NCBI RefSeq assembly: GCF_026210795.1
Contig: NC_089430.1
Coordinates: 1,860,001 to 1,924,000 of the forward strand
Length of the DNA: 64,000 nt
Source: Rhizophagus irregularis
Taxonomy: Eukaryota
Reading direction: 5' to 3'
In this document: positions 54,195-64,000 of the stretch, piece after piece
Position numbering within the stretch: position 1 is the stretch's first letter
Layout of the letters: every line of letters begins with the position of its first letter
Notes under the pieces: model-generated
Seen by the model: only the letters and a program-made list of their open reading frames with translations
Databases searched by the model: none
Told to the model about the DNA's origin: nothing
Program-made: the position numbers and the translations under genes

Positions 54195-54610
54195 TAACAT
54201 CTGGAATAGGTTGCTTGCGACATTTTAGGATATGATGATGGAAAGTTTGTCAGGGATTTGCCGCAAGCAATTACTCGATTTTCAGATTCTATCAACAAAC
54301 GAATTAAAAAAGTAAATGTTCGAATGTTTGATTTATCTACTTTAACAAATGCATCTATTATTCTATTACTACCAGTCGAATTATCTTGTTAGATACGATG
54401 AAAGAATATTTTACGTGGTGGCTAATCGCTGTGGTAAATTGATAGTATCTTGGAAGATTGATTACACCTTTAAGAAAAGTTGTAAAAAAAAATTTCATGT
54501 TTAGATAGGCTAGAACCGATCATTGCTCAATTCTTATCACTTCTTAATTAATCAAATTTATTCTTATACGAAGTTTCTTTTTTTTTTCCCTTACGAGTTT
54601 ACAATTATAT
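54195..54610 (+). pseudogene. Decayed paralogue of the DUF4419 gene
   Basis: GCAAGCAATTACTCGATTTTCAGAT, GAAGATTGATTACACCTTTAAGAAAAGTTG and GATAGGCTAGAACCGATCATTGCTCAATTC match 51230-51550. The 3' flank matches 51910-51955. Multiple deletions and stops. Confidence 0.85.
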
Positions 54611-55313
54611 GTTTAAATTAGAAAATTCGTAAACATACAGTATTTATAAGATAACATTTTTCCGCTCAATTTTTTTTTTTACGCGTACGCGAGAACTTAC
54701 TGTGTTTGTATAATAGTTTGTAATAAAGTTAGAAAATAGAAATTGTTATTTTGCTGACAAAGTTAAAACTTAGCAATGGAAAAAATTGTTTTTTCCTCCT
54801 TATTATTAAATAAACGTTTTTATTAAATACAAATGGATAATAAAAACTTAGTAACAATCACTTTATATGATCATGTTCTGTTATTAACATTAACTATACT
54901 TAAAACTACAAATAATATATAATCTTCTACGATATCATATAACTACTAAGTATCTTTAAAGATTGAAGATCATAATTAATTTATATTTGTCAATGTCGTT
55001 AGAATTATTTGTATAATCCTTTTCTCCTTTCTATTTAAACTTTTAAACTTACTATATTTTCATATATTGGTAAATCTCTTACATCCATAAATTCCAAATT
55101 TCTATCTTATCGTCATATCGTGATCGAAAAAAAATTTTTAATATTGACATTAACAAATATTTATAATGCGTGATGCAGGGGCACATTGACAAATAAATTG
55201 TCACAGTGAGTCATAAATAGTAATACGTTAAATTCCGAAGATTTGTTACATTGAGTTCAGGTTATTTTTTTTTATTTAAAGGCAAGCTTTTTCCTACACT
55301 TTTTTAAAAAATC

Positions 55314-55496
55314 ATGTCTTATAAAATAAGTAAGGTCACAGAGTCATTAGTCTTCTACTAACATGTATTCCGTTATTAACTAACTTTTAACTTTTTTTAT
55401 TTAAGCTGGTGTGTGCTTGGTTTTTGATTGTGAACTTGATATAAAATGCAGTAAATGTAATGCAATAGACATTGTGGCTGTGGTCAATGTAAGTAA
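55314..55496 (+). pseudogene. Cys-rich micro-peptide 2, frameshifted: MSYKITGVCLVFDCELDIKCSKC/CNRHCGCGQCK
   Basis: Exons 55314-55329 and 55406-55496 total 107 nt, 4 nt shorter than copies 3 and 4. TGT AA TGC replaces TGT AAG ATG TGC. Confidence 0.75.
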
Positions 55497-56669
55497 AATT
55501 TTTTTTATTCTCATAAATAATGACTCAATGACTCTGTGACTCTGTGACAAAAATAAGCAAATTGTAAATTTTTATAAGTAAGTTATGCAATTTCTTTAAT
55601 TATATCAAATATTATACAATAAACATAATATATTCATCATGTTCAACCAATTTACAAAATTACGAGTTCAATATATATGATGTATTATTGTAGACTGAAA
55701 ACGGTATGTTTTATGTTCTCTCTTCGTCATAAATATCTTTGTAGAGTTATTTAGAAAAAAATTAAATGAACATATAAAATTTATTCTTTAAACTGTCATT
55801 CATCATATTGGCAAACCACCCTCTAATAATAGAAAAAAAGAAGGTAACCTATAACTAATGAACGAGATCATAGCTATAAATCTAAAATCAGGTGGTAACG
55901 AAAAATATTAACGGGTAAAGTAGAAGACAGTTCCTATAAAATAAAACCCACGTATTTATCTTTCACTCCGGAAGGAATGCTACACGTAAATACTGTAAAG
56001 TGTAGAAAGATGGGCGGCCAAAAGATTTGCATAAGCAAAAAATATACAAATACCTCGTGATCCAAGCGTTATCAACGTCCGGGTAAAGAAATTGCTAAAA
56101 AGGAATTGTGAATTTGTTTTCTAATCACATGACGTATCACCGATGCATTACTTTTGATCGTTGACTTAAAAAAACTAATTTTTAAAGATTAAAAATATGC
56201 CTTCATAGAAAAGTTAAATAATTAAAATAACCTAAAATCATTATAGTATAAACTTAATTTATTGATAATTTCATTAATTGAAAATTTTTTATTTATGCAT
56301 ATTTGCATATAAAATCAGTTAATTTTTGCATTAATATTGTATGAATTTTCTAAATATTATATTTATATGAAGTAATACACTATATTTTAGTAATAATTAA
56401 AAATTGTAAATATATAAGTAAATTTTTCAATCGCCGAATTTATATTAGATTAATCTAAGCTAAATCGGGTCGGTCGAGATAATTAATAAAGATCGGCATA
56501 ATTAACAGATAAATTGATACCGGGTCGACTCGCATCTAAAGGTACACTGACAAAATATTTGTCACATTGAGTCATAAGTAGTAATTGAATTGATACGTTA
56601 AATTCCGAAGGATCAACAGATTTTTTCTTTTATTTAAGACAAACTTTTGCCTCGCTTTTTTTAATAAAA

Positions 56670-56854
56670 ATGTCTTATGAAAGAAGTAAGGGTCACAGAG
56701 TCATTAGTCTTCTACTAAAATGTATTCCGTTAACTAACTTTTAACTTTTTTTATTTAAGCTGGTATATGCTCGCGTTTAGAATGTACTTTTAGTGTATCA
56801 TGCACTAATTGTAGGTCGTGCAATAGTCATTGTACCTGTGGTCTATGTAAGTGA
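56670..56854 (+). CDS. Cys-rich micro-peptide 3, 36 aa: MSYERTGICSRLECTFSVSCTNCRSCNSHCTCGLCK
   Basis: Exons 56670-56685 and 56760-56854 total 111 nt. GTAAGG...CTAAC...TTTAAG intron; TGA stop. Confidence 0.82.
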
Positions 56855-57414
56855 AATTTTTTTATTCTCATAAATAATGACTCAATGACTCTGACAAAAA
56901 TAAACATAATACAAATTCTATCGAGTAAGTTATAATACTCTTATAAATCCTATATTTTATATATTTCTATCATTATAAACACTATACCTATATATATAAT
57001 AAACAAAAATTTTTTTACATGTATATTCATCACATTCTGATATTTTCAATAAATTTATAAAATTATAAAGTTCAAAACACGTTATGCAAAACTATTATGC
57101 ATTATTAGAAAGATTTTACTCTCTGGTAAAATGTATTTCAAATCCCTACTTTGCAAGATAAGGATCGTTACAGCAGAGAACATAATACATATGTCTAGAG
57201 TTATTTAGAAAAAATCAAATGAAACTATTCTTTTAAACTGCCATTCACCATATTGGCAAACCCACCCTCTAATAACAGAAAAAAGGAAACCTATAACTAA
57301 TGAACGGGATCATAGCTATAAATCTAAAATAGGGTGGTAACGAAAAATATTAACGGGCAAAGTAGAAGACAGTCTCTATAAAATAAAATCCCGTATTTAT
57401 CTTCACTCTGGAAG

Positions 57415-57604
57415 CCCTATAAAAAATTTTTATCCGAATATTTCCATTATTTTTCCGTGTCTTCCGTAAAAAATCCGTGAAAATGAGGATATCCGTGTTA
57501 GCGAGATGAAAATTTCCATGATTTAAGGCTATAAATTCCATGAAAATGATACATTCACGGAAAAAACATGGAAAGATAAAACACGGATCAGATTTTTTAC
57601 AGGG
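57415..57604. mobile_element. MITE family B, second copy
   Basis: Termini CCCTATAAAAAATTTTTATCCG / CGGATCAGATTTTTTACAGGG. Empty site TCACTCCGGAAGGAATG in the preceding tandem unit (~55963). Confidence 0.88.
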
Positions 57605-58331
57605 TAAGGAGTGTTACATGTAAATACTGTAAGGTGTAGAATGATGGCGGCCAAAAGATTTCATCAGCAAAAAAATATACAAATACCTCGTGATCCAAGC
57701 GTTATCAACGTCTGGGGTAAAGAAATTGCTAAAAATAGAATAATCACTCATTTTAAGATTAAAAATATGCCTTCATAACAAAGTTAAATAATTAAAATAA
57801 CCTAAAATCATTATAGTATAAACTTAATTTATTGCTAATTTCACTAATTGAAAATTTTTTATTTATGCAAATAAAACCAGTTAATTTTGCATTAATATTT
57901 TATGAATTTTCTAAATATTATGTTTATTTATATTGTCTTTCAGAAGTAATACACTATTAATCTTTTATATTTTAGTAATAATTAAAAATTTCCAATATAA
58001 AAGTATAATCTTTATCAGTTTTATATATTCCAAATAAAATTTTGGGAAATTAGAATTTATATTCGATTAATCCAAGCTAAATCGGGCCGGTTGGGAGAAA
58101 TTAATTAATAAAGATCGGCATAATTTTTTGATTTACAATATAGAAATTGATACCGGGTCGACTCGGGCAAGAAGAGCATCTATAACCAGAATAAACCAGA
58201 TGCGGGTGCACTGACAAAATAATTGTCACATTGAGTCATAAGTAGGAATTGAATTGATACGCTAAATTCCGAAGGATTGACCCATTTTTTTTTATTTAAG
58301 ATAAACTTTTGCTTGCTTTTTTTTAATAAAA

Positions 58332-58517
58332 ATGTCTTATAAAATAAGTAAGGGTCATAGAGTCATTAGTCTTCTACTAAAATGTATTCTGTTAAACTAA
58401 CTTTTAACTTTTTTTATTTAAGCTGATGCGTGCTTGTATTTTGGATGTGACCATAATGTAAAATGCAGTAATTGTAAGATGTGCAATAAACATTGTTCCT
58501 GTGGTTTATGTAAGTAA
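58332..58517 (+). CDS. Cys-rich micro-peptide 4, 36 aa: MSYKITDACLYFGCDHNVKCSNCKMCNKHCSCGLCK
   Basis: Exons 58332-58347 and 58423-58517 total 111 nt. GTAAGG...CTAAC...TTTAAG intron; TAA stop. Confidence 0.82.
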
Positions 58518-60298
58518 AATTTTTTTATTCTCATAAATAATGACTCAATGACTCTGACAAAAATAAACATAATACAAATTCTGTCGAGTAAGTTATAATA
58601 CTCTTATAAATCCTATATTTTATATTTCTATAAACACTATACCCATATATACAATAAACATAAATTTTTTTACTATATATTCATCACGTTCTGGTATTTT
58701 CAATAAATTTATAAAATTATAAAGTTCAAAACATGTAATGCAAGCTATTATGCATTATTAGAAAAATGTAAAATGTACATTAATTTGTATACCCCAATAC
58801 CCTTCTTTGCCTATGAGGTTATTAAAAGTTGGTCTAGGGCTTATAGAAATACCCATTGGCATTGTTAAGGATAACAACAGTAGAGCAGCTGTTTCATACA
58901 AATAGCCCATATAGTGTTCTGTAAGACCCAGGACTACATATAGATTACGTTATGAAGTTTATGGATCGTCCTCTGGTGCAGTGACGCTTGGAATATCACT
59001 ACATACATTGCGATACCCACTTATCTGCGTATTCCTTAAAGCTACTTTGTACACCAATTTAAATTCCAAAGCCTTTATTTCTTCAAATATATAGGACTCT
59101 TATTTTTCAGTCAAGAACTTTCGAATGTATGCCATCCTTAATGATCCTTTGAGAATGCGTAAAAGATACATTATTAACTCTAGAGTTTACTGAATAATTC
59201 TTTATGAAATACAATCGATAATTCAAGGTTATCTAGTTTAACACCGTGTTCACATATTAGTTAAAAATGCTTGCCTCTATATTACGCTCTTATTTTCTTA
59301 CAATGTTATTCATTTTTTTTACACATTTTTTGGGTTTAAAAGGAAAAATTTGTTTAATTCCTATATTTATCGCTTCAACTTTTTTTTTGATAATGGCGTC
59401 ATAATTTCCATACTTTCTTTATTAAGCATGTTATCCTTAGAACTAAAGGCATAATTTACGGTTTATGATGATTAACAATAAAATTGTAATATACATACGT
59501 GCATGTTCATGTGATTTTCAAATTTACCAGTAAGTGTTTTTGCGTTTCCAGATATTTTAATTTCTGGACAAAAATGTCCGGAAAATATCCAGGTAATATA
59601 CGGAATGAATTATATATCGAAAATGAATGTCCGGAAAACATCACGCACCACAATAAAATTTGTGTAACATCATCCTATTCGAAGAAAATTTAAGCGAAAG
59701 TTTCATACTTTTATTTATGTAAACCTTAAGAAAGACCTTACGAAAAACCTTATGTATGTAGTTTATATTCTTGCTTAATTTATAAATATTGATTAAACTT
59801 ATTTTTTTTTTTACTTTAGAAGTCGGAATGGTAATTAGAAAAATAAAAGTCGTACATATGCTAAAGTAATTACTAAAACCGAAAGTGGCCCACCCTTGTT
59901 TAAAAAAAAAGGCTAAATATAGAAACATTGTCGCTACATTTTTTTTTTGTAGTCTAAATTGATTTACTATTATCTTCCTCTTTCAGACATGTCACGTGAT
60001 TCTGCATACGTCCTGATCGTTTCAGTTATTAGGGAGTAGGGGCTACGGTAAAAGAAAGGTTTCATGTATTTATTTACTTGAATATAATGTATTTTGTTAA
60101 TTATGAAATTTCTTTTTTAAGAAATATTTAACAAGACGGGAGTTACAACAAATTAATAAGATTTTCTGAGAAATTTACTATTAAAAGGTACAATAGGTAC
60201 AATCAAAAAGAAATAAATAAGCCTTTTTTTTCTTTTTTTTCTTTAAAAAAAAACAAAAAAAAAAATTTGAACTTAGTCTCTCAATTACTTTCATAAAA

Positions 60299-61757
60299 AT
60301 GATCACCGATAAATCATCCCGCCTTGTCGGAGTGACAAGTGGAAATATATCAATTGATAATTTTATTAAAGCAACGCGAAAAAATAAATCCAACATTGAC
60401 AAATGCATGAAGTGGTTTGAATTCGAAAAATTTGAAAATTTAAAACAAATAGGTGAAGGTGGTTTCGCAAAAGTATATTCAGCAACTTGGTTACATGGAG
60501 GAAAAAAATTTATTTATACAGATCCAGTAACCAAAACTAAAAAAATTCGTACATATCCAAATACTGTTGCACTTAAAAGTATTAAAGGGTCAAATGAAAT
60601 TTCTGCTGAATATTTAAACGAGGTAATTATTTTTAATACATTTATATACTTGATCTTTCTTTTATTTTTAAAAATAAAAAAAAAAATTAATGATTTTTTT
60701 AAAAAATAGCTGGAAGTTTATCATAAATTGACACTAGATAATGTATCATTACCGTTTTATGGAATTACAAAAGATCCAAACAGTTCAGAATTTATGATGG
60801 TGACAAACCTTGCAGAGCAAGGATGTCTACGATCCTTATTAGGAGAAAGGTTTACCGAATTAAATTGGCAATATAAATTACTTATATTATTATATATTGT
60901 AATAGAATTAAAAATTTTGCATGAACAAGGAATATGTCATAAAGATCTTCATAGCGGAAACATATTACGATCATTAGGTCGTTATTATTTAACAGATTTT
61001 GGATTATCGGGACCATCAAATAAATCTTCAGATAAAATTTATGGTGTTTTAGGTTATTTGGCTCCCGAGGTGTTAAAGGGAAAACAATATTGTAGTCATG
61101 CTGATATTTATAGTTTTGGCGTTATGATGACAGAATTATCATCTGGTTTCCCCCCTTATTTTAATAAAAGTATGAGTGAAACTACTCTTGCTTTATCTAT
61201 TTGCGATGGATTAAGACCCGACTTTGGTAAAGGCACTCCCGAAATTTATAGAAGTTTAGCCAATAAATGTATGAATGCAAATCCCGATAAGAGACCAACT
61301 GCAAGTGAATTAGAAGAGAATATGTTATATTTGTATAATTGTTTATGTGGAAATATTAGTGGAGACGACGCTAAAAAAATTAAAGTGGAATTTGACATAG
61401 CTGATAAAGAAATTCCAAATGTTCAATCATTATTTAAAAAAAGTTCAAAAGATTCTAACTTAATGTTTGTAAGCAAACAGTTAGGTTTTAATGATATAAT
61501 AGAAACTTCTGTATACGATAGTAAGTATGAAATTACAAACTTGTTCAACTTGTTCTTAAATATTTATATACGATCATTAATATTAAATTACTCACTTTTT
61601 AATCAGATTTAGATTCAGGTCTAATAGGGCTCAATTTATCAGGTGAATATTTATCTGTAAGTCATATGCAATTATGAATTTAAACTTATATATTTATTAA
61701 AATTCTATATTAGATGATATCGGTGAGGACAATGAAGATGATGATAATGAAGATTGA
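60299..61757 (+). CDS. TKL-type protein kinase with acidic tail, 4 exons
   Basis: Exons 60299-60622, 60710-~61520, ~61606-61642 and 61714-61757. Motifs: IGEGGFAKVY, VALK, HKDLHSGNIL, DFG, GYLAPE, CMNANPDKRP. Ends DDIGEDNEDDDNED*. Confidence 0.88.
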
Positions 61758-62049
61758 TATTTTAAATGCATATTAAATATATAGATTATATTCAATCATT
61801 GTTCACCCTATTTATGTTCGTAGATTGTAATAACTGTCATGATAATTCCTATTTATATTCTTTTACCTCTTATACCTTTTTAATTTTCATCAAAATAAAA
61901 TCAAAAAAGGTTTTTGCGTAGTGCAATAAACCAAATAATTTTTATTTAAACTTATTTAATTTTAAAATATTGTATTTCTAATATCGATAAAGACAGATAA
62001 TACTATAAATATTGTTTCGATTTTTCATTTTTCTGAACGAGTATTTTAT

Positions 62050-63560
62050 CACACATTAATCATGAACCATCTTCCGTCTATAAATTAATAATTCACCAAA
62101 GGCACAAAAAATTCATCTTCAAATATGGGAATAGAACGTGGTCGTCAAATGTTCTTTAACTGGTTATTATTATTATTTGTTATATTCCCATTTTTCACTG
62201 GTTTCCAAAACTTTACAAAGTTGAAGCTGCTGGCCAACAGGTAACAATTCTGAATTACTATTTCCCATACCATTTTCAAGCGAAAATATTTCATTTACTT
62301 CAGTGGAACAATAAGCACTGAAGCACCCCTGATGTATTTAACAAAGGTCATCGAGAACAACGCGTTAGTTTGCTGTAGTAAATTATTCACTCTGCAGTAC
62401 TTCCATTCATTCATGTCGTAAACTTGCTTTCTTCTTGTCTTTGTACTCTCCGTCGACATAATGTTAAAAAATAATAACACTGATTCGTTACATCCTTTAC
62501 TCATTGAATCATAATATTCTAATCAGTATTCTTTAATGTTTTGACCAACAAATCCCGATGAATTTGCAATGTTGCTACCATATCGAGAGAAAATACAACT
62601 TCACCTCTAGCTACACTCGAATATCAGTAATGTATAGAATAGTATTGAACATATGTATTTTAAGGTATTTTCCGTTTCACTAGCGACACGTTTGAGCATT
62701 AGCTCGATTTAAAGTTATCATTTCATCATTTAACCAGCCTCGTTTTTAAGAGTTAATTGGGTCATTTTCACGCAACTTCCTCTATAAGAATTTTGTCACC
62801 AAATCAACATAACGACAAGCTTCTCAGCTTGCTCTAATATCAATGAGGGATACCCATCACAGTCTCGTAAACTTCTAGTGACGGACGACACAATATCATT
62901 ATATAGTAATTCACGGCCTTAAAGTTATCATTATTCTTATATGTTTAATTGTGGCATGTATACTCATTTCCCCGACTTTTTCAAGATATGGTAATTCTAC
63001 TTGAATCTCTTAGCTGCATATTTACGATTTTCTTTTATTTTTTTCATTTTCTTTAGATACACCTCTTTGAAATGACCTCTATTGATCACCTTTTTCTCCT
63101 TGTGGCATTAATACTCGTTTACTATCTTCAGACTTATTTACTGCTCTTTCTACATTCGCTACGATCTATTACACCATGAATTTAATCTATTATATATCTG
63201 AGGGTCAAGAAGCTCAAATGAATAAATTTGTTCAAATTTCTTTAGGTATAGTAAGTTTATCGTACATGCGTCTCCATCAACGTTAAAAGTAGCTCTTTTA
63301 TAAACTCAACTAATGAATCTGAACGAGTCTTGGCGACGGAGAGTGCTTGATGGCTTGTCCGTACTGAAACAAACGACAGTGTCAATCTAGCTATAGAAGT
63401 ATGATCTTTATTCGTCGTTTCTGAGAAGGTTTTTCAATGTGAAGGTAATTTCCTACAGCTCTAGGTGACTGTTTTCGAATATTGAGAGTGGGCTCATCGG
63501 ATCTTTTGATCCAGGTTTTATGGAATTAGTTGTGCCAACATTATAATATCAAAGGAAAAG
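62050..63560 (-). other. Probable decayed coding relic of unknown identity
   Basis: Higher GC and non-homopolymeric sequence over ~1.5 kb with only short broken ORFs. No recognisable motif; the strand is a guess. Confidence 0.25.
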
Positions 63561-63859
63561 CACAAAATATCCAAGGGGTAAAATTCAATTTTAAAATCTA
63601 ATAGATTAGACAGTATTTAGATCCGGAAATGCTATAATTATTGTAGTATTTATAATAATACTCGCGACAAAAATAATTACATTTAATATTTGTACTCGGG
63701 AAAAGCAAAGATATACAATTATCGATCACGTGATATCAAATAATAACTGATCTACTACTGATAAAAGGATAGATTAAAAAATTTTTAAACATAATATTTT
63801 TCTTAAATTACTTTTATGAACAATGAACACCGATATTGACACAAACACTTTAGAAAATC

Positions 63860-64000
63860 AAAATGAATCGATGATAATAAAATAACGGATGAATCAAAAC
63901 CACCATACCTTACCGAAAAGTTAAGTGGAAATAAATCAATTGATAATTTTTTTTAGAAACGAGTAAAAATTAAATTCATATAATAATGACAAGTGTATAG
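63860..64000 (+). pseudogene. Possible start of another kinase-like gene or fragment at the window edge
   Basis: ...TEKLSGNKSIDNFF resembles TSGNISIDNFI of the kinase at 60299. The frame appears broken. Confidence 0.4.

Larger units (their letters stand above)
55180..58770 (+). repeat. Tandem ~1.4-1.7 kb repeat units carrying peptide genes 2-4
   Basis: Approximate units: 55180-56540, 56540-58205 and a partial unit at 58205-58770. Shared blocks include CATATTGGCAAAC...CATAGCTATAAATCTAAAAT and TACCTCGTGATCCAAGCGTTATCAACGTC. Confidence 0.92.

Noticed and set aside
58790..59260. GC-richer block ending the peptide tandem array, possibly a retroelement relic
   Set aside because: No RT, integrase or transposase motif is readable in any frame.
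1..64000. tRNA, rRNA or autonomous transposase genes
   Set aside because: None recognised by eye. A tRNAscan-SE/Infernal run would be needed to exclude small RNAs.

Overview
Very AT-rich, intron-rich eukaryotic DNA. The gene content (TKL-type kinases with C-terminal micro-exons, BTB, F-box/LRR, SAM, TRP-like channel, DUF4419) points to an arbuscular mycorrhizal fungus (Glomeromycotina, Rhizophagus-like); this assignment is inferred. From left to right the window holds: (1) an intact but catalytically degenerate, lid-less Hsp70; (2) two copies of an ~8 kb block, ~13 kb apart, each with a sacsin-like GHKL ATPase-BTB gene, and an F-box gene between them; (3) a mid region of kinases, pseudogenes and many TIR MITEs, several confirmed by empty sites in duplicated DNA; (4) a DUF4419 gene and its decayed paralogue interleaved with four two-exon micro-genes. 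The micro-genes fall below the ORF-track cutoff and encode 36-41 aa, 8-Cys/1-His peptides (C-x4-C-x5-C-x2-C-x2/8-C-x2-H-C-x-C-G-x-C-K*). Their non-Cys residues are hypervariable, while introns and flanks are conserved and carry inverted TGACTC-containing repeats around the coding exon. This peptide array is the best candidate for an undescribed system. All gene models were assembled by eye from splice signals; no database search was run.
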